Assembly (NCBI RefSeq): GCF_018350175.1
Contig: NC_058373.1
Location: 107,448,001 to 107,512,000 of the forward strand
From: Felis catus
Taxonomy: Eukaryota
Reading direction: 5' to 3'
Length of the DNA: 64,000 nt
Made by a program: the position numbers and the translations under genes. Of this stretch, positions 40,407-53,420 are shown piece by piece; positions within the stretch are counted from its first letter, which is position 1; each line of letters begins with the position of its first letter. The notes under the pieces were generated by a model. That model made no database searches, had not been told where the DNA came from, and saw nothing but the letters and a program-made list of their open reading frames with translations.

Positions 40407-40649
40407 ACCTACACACTCCTCATTTGGAGGGGAGGGAAGAAAATTAGAAGTCCCAAACTGAATTAACCCCCAAGGTCTTGCAGAGGATAGTTTTGGTTGA
40501 TTTTCAGAATCTATTTTCAGTGCCTTTAGATAAGGGATGAGGGCTCTAATTCATTACTTTCCTACACTTTTTACCATTTATCGCCTTCACCTGTTTATAT
40601 TACCTACTTGCTTCTGAAGGCATCTGAGTTTGTAATCAGTGATTTAGAT

Positions 40650-43263
40650 GAGTGGTCCTCAAACCTTTCTGTAAGGCCAGACAGTAAATATTTTAGGCTT
40701 TGTGATAAAATAAGTTAGCACACTGTTTTTAATGAACAAAATTCAAAATATCATTGAGTGTGTCTAATTACATTGTAGCTCAAGAAGAGCTCCTTGTTCC
40801 TTCAATTGGGGTTCTAAATATTTCCTATCAAAATCAGTTGTAAATGATTACCTGTTATATAGTTATCTGTGATGAGATTTAAAAATGTCTTTTTTTACAT
40901 AGATATATACTACCAAATACTGGCACCAATCCAGAAGCATACGATTTTAATTGGGTATATTCATCACTTGGAAGGCATTTGTAGAACTCTATTAGATTCT
41001 TCCCTTGATACCTGCCTTTTAGCATGTCATTACATAGCACATTAATCACTTCCAATTGAACATTAGGTAGAAGCTCAATTATGGTAAATAGATTTTGAAA
41101 TATGTAAATTTCCTTTGCATTTTTGCCAAGGTCCGAAAAAATGCTGAACACAGAAAATATCTCTACTGCTAATTTGAAAGTGGAAATCTTGTTTCTTGTT
41201 TTAGTTTTTGACAGCATGAGAAATGTGGAACAAAAGGTACTGTGATTCAAATGTCTGTTGAAATGACTACCGTAGTTTCACATTAAAGTTGTTTGCTTTA
41301 TAATTATAGGTTAAAACCTTTAAGAAATATTATCAAGTCATTAGCAAAAGCTAATTTCCAGAGCCATTCAGTATTCTAGAATAATGTTTAAGAGTGGTTC
41401 CTCTTGTTAAGAAAAATTTCGGTCTTGACCTTGAACTCGAAAAATTGCAATCAGGGGCACCTGGGTGGCTCAGTCGGTTAAGGGGTCAACTTCGGCTCAG
41501 GTCATGATCTCGCGGTCCGTGAGTTCGAGCCCCACGTCGGGCTCTGTGCTGACAGCTCAGAGCCCGGAGCCTGTTTCAGATTCTGTGTCTCCCTCTCTGA
41601 CCCTCCCCTGTTCATGCTCTGTCTCTCTCTGTCTCAAAAATAAATAAACGTTAAAAAAAGTTTTTTTCTTTTAAAAGAAAAAGAAAAATTGCAATCAAAC
41701 TTGACAATTACTAAGCAAATCAAACTCATGTTGAACAAGCCAGATTCAGATTCAAGTTCAATTTCTGACAAAAATTAAAGGACTTGAGGGTGGTTAGGAG
41801 CCATGAAAGCAAATGAAACTTAGTATTGACACCACTAGTTCAGTAACACATGGCAGGTTCAAATATCTTCTGCAGGGAACTTGCTGGTGAAGAAAGGAGT
41901 GAATAACCACAGGTTTTACCAAGCTCTGTATATTTCTCCCAACTAGGTCTTTTTTTTTTTTTAATGTTTGTTTATTTTTGAGAGCGACAGAGCATGAGTG
42001 GGGGAGAGGCAAAGCGAGAGGGAGACACAGAATGCGAAGCAGGCTCCAGGCTCTGAGCCATCAGCACAGAGCCCGACGCGGGGCTCGAACTCAAACCGTG
42101 AGATCGTGACCTAAGCCCAAGTTGGACACAACTGACTGAGCCACCCAGGCTCAGGTCTTTTCCTACTTCACGTATCTTTTACCACCATCAGGTGTAACAC
42201 ATCATAGCAGATTCCACTTCAGGTTGTAAAGAATTGTTTTCTCAACTTCTTTAAAAATACTCACCCATAGTTGTTCCGTGCAGAGTATTCATAGAAGCTT
42301 AATTCTTCAGCAACTTCAAACTCAGCACTGATGTCTCAAATAAATAAGACCTGAGCAGTAGTAGTAACATCTATCAACCCATCAAGAATCAGACTCATTT
42401 ACCTTTTTAATTGACTTGATTTTGTTCCCAGTGTCCCAAACTTTTTGAGCAACTGTTTTTTCCAAAAGGCCAACAAACAGTCTCAAACAATTTTACTTTC
42501 CCTGGATACATTTCTTTGGCTGCTGCACTGAAATACAATTAACTCGCCATCAGTAAATGGCTTTCCTTGATGGGGTTACGAGAGTCCCTTAGAGACTTAT
42601 TTCAGTTGCATCCTCATTTTCATTTTTTATTTTGTGAAGAAGTTCTGCTCATTTGAGATATTTCTAGATTAAATTTCTAGTTTTTCTGACAGTTGCTTGC
42701 CTGTGAGTGAAATACTAGATGAATGCTTCTATTGGTAATGTCAACATATATTGTATTTTCGCTCAGGTATAGATTCTTTGTTATCTAATTAATAATCAAA
42801 ATAATTGACACTCCACTGTGCCTTCAAAGCACATTAGAAGTCCAGTTTTCTTGTTTTGAAAGGATGGCTATACACTAGTAATAATAATGTATTTAAAGCT
42901 TGGCGATTTATATGGTATTCAAGATGCTGTTGAGTTACAACCATGTCACTGCGATGTGCAGTGTGCTGAGCAGCAGTAAGAACTGAGGAGAATCACTTCC
43001 TGTCCGTGTTGTAAACTACTCAACTCTGCTTTAATACCATAAAAGCAGCCACAGACAACATGTAAGCAAACGAGCATGATGTATTCCAATAAAACTGTAT
43101 TTATGGACACTGAAATTCAAATTTCATACAATTTTCATGTCACAAGATTTCTAAAATTCTTTTTCGACCGTTAGTATAAGAACCATTCTCAGGTCATTTA
43201 TTTGCCGTACAAAAACAGGTGGTAGGCTAGATTTGGCTTGTCAGGCATGGTTTACCATTCCTG
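40650..43263 (-). mobile_element. Near full-length hAT-Charlie (Cheshire-like) transposon with decayed transposase; nested SINEs ~41454-41659 (+) and ~41949-42150 (-)
   Basis: MER58-type termini, TSD atttagat/atctaaat, ORF 40879..41250 with LIEFYK...FGSIYLC hAT dimerisation-domain-like motif. Confidence 0.8.
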
Positions 43264-43591
43264 ATCTAAATAATTTCATTTTTTATTACTAGTTTAGGGG
43301 TACTTATATAAAATTTAGGCATACTCTCCAACTGGGGATCACTGCAAAGTGATTGTTAGCAGGCAATTATCCCACCTTCAAAAACTATTTTCCCAGGAGA
43401 CAGTCAATATTTAAATATATGTATCTAATACAAAATTAGACATAATTTAGATTATAAGATTACAATCTAATTATTATCACTTAGATAAAATAGACTTATT
43501 TAAATTTTAATTTGATAACTTATAACAGCAAGGGTAAAATATAGGTGTTCAGTACTAAAATGAATGCTAAAATTTTATGAAGTCATTATAT

Positions 43592-43597
43592 TTTATT
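43592..43597 (-). terminator. TRMT5: Candidate TRMT5 proximal poly(A) signal
   Basis: AATAAA on minus strand ~10 nt after the stop; another at 43282-43287. Confidence 0.45.
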
Positions 43598-43607
43598 ACA
43601 TAAAGGT

Positions 43608-43723
43608 CTAATGGGGAGATGGAGAAGACATTTCCAATGAAGTGACTGAAGCAATTTGAGTTTTTTCTTCTGAAAAGACTTTATCTGTCTTCTGGCGTTT
43701 AAGAGGTGGGTCGTCCTGATTCT
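43608..43723 (-). CDS. TRMT5: TRMT5 terminal exon 5
   Basis: ttacag|AG AAT... (E)NQDDPPLKRQKTDKVFSEEKTQIASVTSLEMSSPSPH*; joined CDS 5+656+125+655+116=1557 nt = 518 aa + stop. Confidence 0.93.
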
Positions 43724-44077
43724 CTGTAACAAAGCCAAAAAACCCGTTATTAGGTAAGAGACTTAACATTGGAAAATACCTTTAAAAAGCAAACAATATA
43801 GGCATTTTAAAGATTCTGAATACTCAACGTATACATAAAATAGTAACATGACTGCAGATTTATTATTATAATGAAATAACCTTCCGCTAGACTGAATAGT
43901 GTGTATGTCATACTAAAATTCGTAAAATTGCGAGAAACCAGTCACAATTGAGTGGCAAAGAATCTTGAACCGAAATATCTAACTAGAATTAGTTTAACCT
44001 ATTTCCAAATTTAATAAATATTAAAAGCTACATGAAAAGTATTATAGTTTACATTTAATTTCCCAGAAATTGCTCAC

Positions 44078-44732
44078 CTAGAGTCAGGGTCTGGTTCTTG
44101 TAGAGCACAGCAGCAGGAATCCGAAAGGTGATACATAACATTTCCTTGTTAGGGGCTACATTTCTTACTAGGTGAACTGAACTGCATGCCTCCAAGGAAA
44201 TGCCTAACACAGCCCCAGCTCGCTGCTGAACATCCTTAGCAGGATTAGGGTCTTTGGAAAAGCTGTAACAGTGCACTATGGGAAGGAGCTCAATGCCACA
44301 TGGCGGCCCATCTAAAAGCAATTTGAAAACACTGAGAAATTCAATAGCCTTTGCTGGCAAGTTCATGACAATGTGCACAGAGTGTTTTCTTTCTTTTGAC
44401 AGTGGTCCCAGCTGCTGCATTAACTCTTCTCTGACTGGTCCTTGAAGGAAGTCTTTTCCATCCAAGTTAAAGACTTTCACCTTTTGGTCCACTTTGTTTA
44501 ATTTACAATTGTGCAATAGCCATTTATGGGATTCAGGATTGAGATCATTAGCAAATACAGTGCAATTTTTCTTTGCTGCTGGAATGGCAAAAGGCCCAAC
44601 CCCAGCAAAAACATCAAATAGCACATCTCCAGATTTGAGAAGTTCTGTGATACGACTGTGTTCTGTAGAGAGGCGAGGATTCCAATAGACTTTCGAAAAA
44701 TCAAATTCATAGGTGTAGCCGTTTTCTCGAAC
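44078..44732 (-). CDS. TRMT5: TRMT5 exon 4 (SAM-binding domain)
   Basis: cag|[18 protein letters not shown]...[10 protein letters not shown] (SAM motif I)...NDLNP...VMNLP...|gtgagc; 655 nt. Confidence 0.98.
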
Positions 44733-45191
44733 CTGAAAAAGGTATCATACCTTGGTTAACCTGTTTAGTTTTAAATTCCAGCCATGGACACTGGATGAGT
44801 ATGCCCACACATTTAAATTTAGGAGCAAATAACTGCATTTTAATTAGAATTCTGGTGTTTATGCTATTCTTGAAGCCAGTTAACACCCCGCATTAGACTT
44901 TGACCTAAGAAAAGTCCTCTCTTTAAAGCCAAATGACTCTCCGTCTCATTCTACCCGGTCATAAAGTGGTTCCCAAATCACATAAGGCATTTTTCAGACA
45001 GGCCAATTGACTGGCTTGATCCTACTCTATTTTGTCACCTGACAGAGAGGGAAATAAACCTATAATTTGAAACAACACAACACATATCTTCATGAGGACT
45101 AACTGAAGTTGTAGACAGCATTCCCCTCAGCAAATAAGCTTCCTTAATTTTCAGTTTGTAAGAGGGAGGCATGACAGATCTATCTTGTACT

Positions 45192-45401
45192 GGGGCACCT
45201 GTGTGGCTCAATCAGTTAAGCATCTAACTCTTGATCTCAGCTCAGGTCACCTCACGGTTCGTGAGATCGAGCCCCGCGCTGGGCTCCGCACTGGCAGCAT
45301 GAAGCCTGCTTGGGGTTCTCTTTCTCCCTCTCTCTCTGCCCTTCCCCAGCTTGTGTGTGCACGTTCTCTCTCTTGAAATAAATAAAAAACATTAAAAAAA
45401 A
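45192..45401 (+). mobile_element. Can-SINE in TRMT5 intron 3
   Basis: Typical SINE. Confidence 0.9.
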
Positions 45402-46625
45402 TCTTGGGAAAGAAAAGACGTGCCATGTACACATTGGATTTTGAGGTATTTTACTATGTTTTTAGACAGCTACTTGGATTTTGCAAGGTTCATATCTACA
45501 AATTTTAGCCAGTGTATAGAACAAATCCTTCCCCTACTTTCTCTTTTCCCAAATTTGAGTTTTAATGGATTAAACTAAATATATTTAGTGAAGCTAAGTC
45601 TTGAAATTTAAAATTTTAAGACTTTGTGCCATTTTTTTGGGGAACGATCATAAGCATGTTAGAAAATAGAAAACAAAACTAAAATTACAGTCATGTAATG
45701 TGACCTCAGCCTTCATTTTAAGCCCCTTGTTTTAATGGATGAAGAATCAAAAGGCCAGAAAAGTTCCTAAGTTCTACAAATCTGAGAGAGATACATCTTC
45801 TATATTCTGCCTTCATGGAATATTTTGCTTTCAAATTTGTGTAAATATGTTTTCCGTCCGACCACATCAGATGCTCTGGCCACGTTAAGGCTCCAGAGTT
45901 GGAAATGTTCCTTCATTATTCTGCTAACTAAAACTCTCTAGATCTATAACCTGGAAGGTCTGAATATGTCTTGGGATGCTTTTCCTGAAATATCCTTCCT
46001 ACTCCCCCTTTTTAAGGTGAAGCATAGTACTACTTTTAAAAAATTAGACTTTAAGTATCCTTCTGATTTTACTCATACTGTCTTTCAACCTAACCCACTC
46101 AGCATTACTTTCAGCCCGATTCACTCTCAGGAATCTTTTTACTCACAATAGACACAGAAAGTACTTATGCTGCTTGAGCTCCTAAAATTAAATGTGATTC
46201 TGTTTGTAGTAAAGAAATTATACTGAGTTTTTGCATTTACTTTATGGTATAAATGTTAAATATAAAATATATCCTAAGAACAAACTTCAGCTGACTTAAG
46301 AAATCAATCAGAAGCCTTTTAAAAAATTACAGAAGTTTCTGAGAACTTTTAGATCTCTGAGAAGGAAGTACCCTAAAGGGCAGTACCAAATGAAGAACAA
46401 GCAGCACTCAATCAGTATGCTGAGATAAGCACGGATACCAGCAAAGCACTCACATTCAAATCTTACTTGCCAGATCAGACCCCACACAATACACACAAGC
46501 AGTAGGCCGTGGACGTTATACAGGGAAAGATCATGCATGGACTCTGGAGTCAGAAGCCTGGCTCCAAAAATCCAGCTCAGTCATTCCTTGTTACTTTATC
46601 TGCATAAAGAGAATATTAGAAACAA

Positions 46626-46785
46626 CCACCATTATATTTACCCAAGGGATACAGATGTGCTGTTTCGAAGGGGTACACACACCCCAATGTTTATAGCAGC
46701 GCTATTGACAATAGCCAAAGTATGGAAAGAACCCAAATGTCCATGATGGATGAATGGATAAAGAAGATGTGGTGTATATATATGT

Positions 46786-46829
<44 letters not shown>

Positions 46830-47203
46830 GAGTATTACTTGGCAATCAAAAAGAAAGAAATCTTGCCATTTGCAACTATGTGGATGGAGCTGGAGAGTAT
46901 TATGCTCAGTGAAATTAGCCAGTTAGAAAAAGACAAATATCACATGACGTCACTCATATGAAGACTTTAAGATACCAAACAGATGAACATTAGGGAGGGG
47001 AAGCGAAAAGACAGGGAGGGGACAAAACATAAGAGACTCTTAAACAGAGAACAAACAGAGGGTTGCCGTAGGGGCTCTGGGGAGGGGATGGGCTAAATGG
47101 GTAAGGGGCATTGAAGAATCTACTCCTGAAATCATTGTTGCACTATACGCTAACTAACTTGCATGTAAATTAAACAATAAATAAATTTAAAACAAAACAA
47201 AAT
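46626..47203 (+). mobile_element. L1 3' fragment with (CA)n
   Basis: YPRDTDVLFRRGTHTPMFIAAL...WKEPKCP ORF2 C-terminus; TSD-like aa(c/t)aaccac; second L1 3' piece ~47430-47750. Confidence 0.9.
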
Positions 47204-47918
47204 AACCACTATTATCTTGTGGTCTTCTAAGGATTTGTTATATTTAAAACATTAGCTCAGGCCTAATAGTAAGTATGTAGTAAATGGTGTTTTAATATTC
47301 TGTTACAATTAAATTATGGAGAAATAATTTTATACTTAAAATATTCACCTAAATCTATGTGGCCCAGAATCTTAAAAAATAGTTATTTTGCATAAACTCT
47401 CCTGGGTTTTATAAAGTCCTGTTTAAGAGAAAGAAGTCAGCGAGAGAAAGACAAATACCATATAATTTCACTCATATAGAATTTAAGAAACAAAACAGAT
47501 GAACATATAGCAAGGCAAAAAAAAAAAAAAGAGCGAGAAGCAAACCATAAGAGCTTAAGTCTCTTAACTATAGAGAACTGAGGGTTGCTGGATGGGAGGT
47601 GGGGGGGGGAGCTAAATGGGTGATGGGCATCAAGGGGGGCACTTGTTGCGATGAGCACTGAGTGTTATCTGTAAGTGATGAATCACTAAATTCAACACCT
47701 GAAACCAATATTACCCTATTAGTTAACTAACTAGTATTTAAATAAAAACTTGGACCCAACAAAGATACATCTAACATCTTAAGAGTGGACTTTGTTATTA
47801 AAATTTTTATCAAGGAGAGAAGTTAACCTATTTCCTAGCTTGGGTACAAAATTTCACATAATATTAACACATAATTATCTAAGACTTTTAAATCAAAAAA
47901 ATGTTTATATTAAATGAC

Positions 47919-48143
47919 TTTTTTTTTAAATTTTTTTTTTCAACGTTTATTTATTTTTGGGACAGAGAGGGACAGAGCATGAACGGGGGAGGGGCAGAGA
48001 GAGAGGGAGACACAGAATCAGAAACAGGCTCCAGGCTCTGAGCCATCAGCCCAGAGCCTGACGCGGGGCTCGAACTCACGGACCGCGAGATCGTGACCTG
48101 GCTGAAGTCGGACACTTAACCGACTGCGCCACCCAGGCGCCCC
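47919..48143 (-). mobile_element. Young felid Can-SINE
   Basis: TSD aaaatgtttatatta. Confidence 0.95.
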
Positions 48144-48410
48144 AAAATGTTTATATTATCCAGCACTTCAGAGGATTTTGGGGGTAGAGGATGAGAAAGT
48201 GGTTTACCCCAGGAATCTCTTCCTACATATTAAAAATATTTTTTCTTTGAAATAGGTTTTCTTTTTCTTATAAAAGAAATATGTGCTCCGTAGAAGAGTA
48301 TAAAAATGAGAACAAAGGTCACTAGTAACTACTATATCAAATAAAAATATGCCCACTGTTAACATTCTGATATATGTGCATATTTACATACATATTTAGT
48401 TAAAATGGAG

Positions 48411-48411
<1 letters not shown>

Positions 48412-48452
<41 letters not shown>
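48412..48452. repeat. (TA)n microsatellite
   Basis: ~20 perfect TA units. Confidence 0.95.
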
Positions 48453-48454
<2 letters not shown>

Positions 48455-48917
48455 TACTCTACAACTGGTGTTTTTGTCACTTAACCTATCACTGGGCAAT
48501 TTATTTTAGTAAGTGTGGAGCTCAGTAATCTATAATGATGGGGTATTTCATTGTGTTGTTATACCAAAATTTAATCAATTCTCTGATGAACATTTAGGTT
48601 GTTTCTATTCCTTTGTAGAACCTGGTACATACACATCACTACAATTTTCTCCAATCATATCCTTGAGATAACTTCCCGTAAATGGAATCCCAGGTCAAAG
48701 GAGGTACCTATTCAAAATGGCAATTTTTACCATATACTCTTCCTGAATATTTGTATCAAATTTGCACTTCCATCAAAAGGATATATAAATGCTCACATTC
48801 TCACATACTCATCAATATTGGGTTATTATAAATACTTTTAATCTTTGACATCTATTCTGATTCTAAACATTAATCTTGATATAATCTGTACCTAGGAGAC
48901 AATAAGATATTCCATAC

Positions 48918-49042
48918 CTTGGTCATCATGTTCTCCTCTCCAGACAGCACTTCCATTTGGAAATTTCGGTACGTATTATAAATGTTATTGATTTTATTTA
49001 CTGCTGAGGTGATTCCTGGATTTTTGTCAATCATAACTTGAC
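48918..49042 (-). CDS. TRMT5: TRMT5 exon 3
   Basis: tttcag|GT CAA... (G)[41 protein letters not shown]|gtatgg; 125 nt, phases consistent with neighbours. Confidence 0.97.
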
Positions 49043-49136
49043 CTGAAAGATGAGAATTCATAAATATTGCCAATCAGTTGCAAAATAAAACTGAAAATAT
49101 AAAATGGAAATAAACTGTATTTCTTTTGGTTATAAA

Positions 49137-49348
49137 TTTTTTTTTTTTAACATTTATTTATTTTTGAGACAGAGAGACAGAGCATGAACGGGGGAGGGGC
49201 AGAGAGAGAAGGAGACACAGAATCGGAAGCAGGCTCCAGGCTCTGAGCCATCAGCCCAGAGCCTGACGCGGGGCTCGAACTCACAGACCGCGAGATCGTG
49301 ACCTGGCTGAAGTCGGACGCTTAACCGACTGCGCCCCCCAGGCGCCCC
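49137..49348 (-). mobile_element. Young felid Can-SINE
   Basis: TSD tgtatttcttttggttata. Confidence 0.95.
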
Positions 49349-49942
49349 ATGTATTTCTTTTGGTTATAGACAAAAAGTTGCATCTAGTGTGTATATCGTG
49401 GCATGCAATTCTAAAAATTCAGTGGATTAGCAAAGTTAATTAATGTCTGCCAGCCTCTAATACAAAGACAAAAAACCATACGGGTACACAAGTTTTTATT
49501 TATTTATTTTGAGAGAGAGAGAGTAAGCGAGATAGTGTGCGCATGAGCAGTGGAGACGCAGAGAGAGATGCAGAGAATCCTAAGCAGGCTCTGCACTAAC
49601 AGTGCAAAGGTAGGGCTCAAACTCACGAACTGTGAGATGATGATGTGAGTTGAAATCAAGAGCTGGACACAACCAAATGAGCCACCCAGCCACCCTATAT
49701 GGGTACATTTTTAAAGAAAAATTTTTGAGGAGTTTCAGTCTATCTAATAGTTTTCCTTTTTTTTTTTTTTTTTTAAATTAAATCTCAGACAGACCAATAC
49801 AGAACAATAAGCAAAAAAGTAGACCATAAGGTAAAGAACAGAAAGGAAAAGTATAAGGACCATTGCAACAAATGATCTCTAAAATCACCAGCCTGTTCCC
49901 ACTGACCTAATCAAATGTCTGCTTTACTATGTACTTAAAAAA

Positions 49943-50175
49943 GGGGCGCCTGGGTGGCGCAGTCGGTTAAGCGTCCGACTTCAGCCAGGTCACGATCTCG
50001 CGGTCCGTGAGTTCGAGCCCCGCATCGGGCTCTGGGCTGATGGCTCAGAGCCTGGAGCCTGTTTCCGATTCTGTGTCTCCCTCTCTCTCTGCCCCTCCCC
50101 CGTTCATGCTCTGTCTCTCTCTGTCCCAAAAATAAATAAACGTTGAAAAAAAAATTTTTTTTAAAAATAAAAAAA
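49943..50175 (+). mobile_element. Young felid Can-SINE
   Basis: Near-identical to the 206-407 copy; older SINE at ~49494-49695 (-). Confidence 0.95.
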
Positions 50176-50941
50176 GATGCCCCCACTTTGGAAATACATA
50201 CCAGTAAGATAAGTTTTCAAATAAAAGAAACAGATTATTTAGAGTCTTATCTAAGTAAAATGTTCAATTAAATTGTTCTTTTTGTCAAATATTTGCCAGA
50301 GCAGAAAGAGCTACAAATAAAATACACCAGAAATGGTATATTGATGCCCTTTACTTAAAGTCTACTTTTTTGTTAGCGCTTAAAAAAATTGTAAGAATCT
50401 ATATGTCATGTCATTGCATAAAGAAAGATAACTTGATTTGCAAGTTAGTAAAAAGTGCTCAATAAGACAAACATGCTGATATATAACCAGAATTTGTCCA
50501 ATTTCTTTTTGATAATTAGATACCTGATTTTGAATATGACTCTAGCCAATCATTATTCTTATCCTGTTCTGCTTCAGGTATCAGAAGTCAATTTTTAAGG
50601 TATAATAGTTTGAAATGAGGAATGAAATAAAAAAAACAAACTGAAAGTCTGTAGCAAAAGCTTTAAAATTACCACTGGATGAAAATGCTTCACTTTTAAT
50701 CTAGGAGGGCCCCGAATAAAATAGGGATGCCAAAAGGGATGTTTTGAGTTCTGACAGGCAATGACTCATACATAGCAAAGCTGATCTTTGACATTTGTAC
50801 CCAGACATAATTATAAAGATCTGCTTAATTATTTGTTGTGTTATCGTTGTGCATTATCAGTCCCTTTCATCAGTAAAAACAAAGGAAATGCATAATAGCA
50901 TATTTCTGAAATCCTAATCATGCAAAATACTGAGAACTACA

Positions 50942-51019
50942 TTTTATTTTATTTTATTTAAAGCATGAGAGTGCAAGCAAGCTGGAGAGTGGGGCAGAGG
51001 GGTAGGAAGGGGGGGGGGG

Positions 51020-51065
<46 letters not shown>

Positions 51066-51651
51066 AGAGAGAAAGAGAGAGAATAGAGAGAGAGAATATC
51101 CCAGGCAAGCTCCATGTTCAGCATGGAACCTGACAGAGGGCTTGATCCCACGACCTTTGGGATCATGACCTGAGCTGAAATCAAGAACTGGACAGTCAAC
51201 CAACTGAGCCACACAGGCGCCCTGAGAACATGTTAAAGGTGAAAATAATTCTCAAAAGTTCTGACAATTACTCTACATTAAAAAAAAAAAAATCTGGAGA
51301 ATACACAGACATCAAATATTTGTATAAGGACAATTGCAATCCTGATTAGTCTTCTACTTCTTTCTTCTCCCAAAGGATAAAGGACCCAGGTTCAAACTTG
51401 GGCTTACAGAGATACAACATACAGAAACATTATTATTTTTTTTTAATGTTTATTTTTGAGAGAGAGATTGAGAGAGAGAGACCGAGCACAAGCCAGAGAG
51501 GGGCAGAGAGAGGGAGACACAGAATGTGAAGCAGACTCCAGGCTCTGAGCTGTCTGCACAGAGCCTGACACGGGGCTTGAACTCATGAACCATGAGATCA
51601 TGACCTGGGCCGAAGTTGGACGCTCAACTGACGAGTGACCCAAGTGTCCCC
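50942..51651 (-). mobile_element. Two Can-SINEs in TRMT5 intron 2
   Basis: Antisense SINEs ~50942-51222 and ~51436-51651. Confidence 0.88.
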
Positions 51652-52131
51652 AAAAGCATCATTTCTAAATGACTAAGGGCACTAAAAAACAAAGTATGGC
51701 GCCAGACATATGGAAGAGGCTCAGTCAGTCGAATCAAAGCATGAATAAACAGGGTCTTGAACTTCTGATGGTAAACACTCAAATTTAAGAAACCTAGAAT
51801 TCAGCATAGTCCTGAGGGCCTAATAACTCCTATGTACCAAATGACGAGGTGCCAAAGAATTCTGCCAAAGCAAAAAATTTGAGTTTAATCTATGCTTGTA
51901 TATTGTGTACAGAAAAGCCTGAACTGATTTTTAGAGTTTGCTATCACTCTGGAGAGAGTATTCCAAAATGGCTTTCAAAAGAGAGGGTATGTAGCTCAAG
52001 ATGCAGCTTAAAATGAAAATGATAACATGTCCTGCTTCTGTAATTTGACATTTAAGAAAGTCATTTTAAGAACTAAAATGAGAACCTAATTACTTTCTAG
52101 CACATAAATATTATTACTAAGACACACCTAC

Positions 52132-52787
52132 CAATTAAATGCTTGAAAGGTAGTTGATGATCTCGAAGGTTCAGGTGGGCAATATGTCCAACTCTGCTAA
52201 ATCCTGAAGTCACATCTTGACCTTCAGGAAGCACAGCTCTCAAGATTTCTTCTGACTTAAAGTTTTCATAAGTGAGTTCCAAATTATATTTATGTATCTG
52301 TGGACTGACATTAAGCTGCTTTAAAATACCGAGTTCTGCTCTCTCAAAGGAACCATCAGTAAATATTTTATAGGGATCCAACATAACTAGTCTACTTTCT
52401 TCATCTTCTGGATCTTCAATTACACGTTTTATGCCTGGGCGCTGCAGTGCTGCCCTTTTAAGGGATCGCATCAATTTATTGACTATTTCTTTCCTCACTT
52501 TAAGTACTGGGATGGTGACTGTCTTTTTAAAAGCTGTTCTATCAAGTTTTGTCATTCCTCGAACATTAGAGGGTGGTGAAAACAATTCAGAGTCTCTCTG
52601 GTTTGTTTCTATTTCAGTCATGGTGGAGAATCTTCTCCTTTGATCCAGCAGGAAAATACCAGGTGCTCTGCTAAGTTTCTGTATCTGTGACGTCCAAGCA
52701 AGTGGAGCCAAGGATTCTGATTCAGATATTCTACAGGTTTCCACTTTGAAAAGTATTCTTGAGAATCCAAATTGCCTCCATAAGTTC
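52132..52787 (-). CDS. TRMT5: TRMT5 tRNA (guanine-N1, m1G37) methyltransferase exon 2
   Basis: poly-T/tag acceptor, 656-nt open frame NLWRQFGFS...[21 protein letters not shown]...[19 protein letters not shown], donor G|gtaggt. Confidence 0.97.
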
Positions 52788-53189
52788 CTAAAAAAAAAAA
52801 AAAAAAAAAAAAGGATGCACTTTAAAAAAAAACAAACAAAACAAAAACAGAAAGCTACAAACTTACATGTTCACAACAGGTTAAGAATAAAAAAATCTAA
52901 ATTCTATAGTTTTAAATAACATGCTAAATGCTGACTGGTGTGTGAGAAGTATACTATCTTTTCCATGATATGTTGTCTTTTATAAAAGTAGTAAATAATA
53001 AATTTGCACCTTAACCCATCTGCTGCCAGGACAAGGGCTTAGTGACCCATCAGCCTCCCTACAGTCAATGAACCTCTCCACCCACAATTTTCCACAGAAT
53101 AAGTTTGGGATTGGAAGGCTGACGTTTGACTTAAATGATCCATCTCTAAATGAAATGGTCATTATATTTATGACTTTACCAATGGCAAT

Positions 53190-53420
53190 ATTTACTAGGA
53201 TACGTATGGGTGCTTATTACATCAGAGGCTGTGCTACATGCTTTACACACAGTATCTATCTTGGGAGGTGTGTGGTTATCACATCTTTATTTTGTAAACG
53301 AGGAAGCTAAAGGTCAGAAGTAGGTTAATTCATCCAGTCTCGTTTCTGTAAGTGGCTGCGCAGGGATTAAAAACCAGGTCTGTCTGACTACAGAGCCTGT
53401 ATTCTTAATATATTGATTGG
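53190..53420 (-). mobile_element. MIR in TRMT5 intron 1
   Basis: tttattttgtaaacgaggaagctaaaggtcagaagtaggttaa...ccaggtctgtctgact. Confidence 0.7.

Noticed and set aside
44055..44077. TRMT5 ending at ...[10 protein letters not shown] as in the ORF track
   Set aside because: Read-through past a consensus donor (G|gtgagc); the true C-terminus is in exon 5
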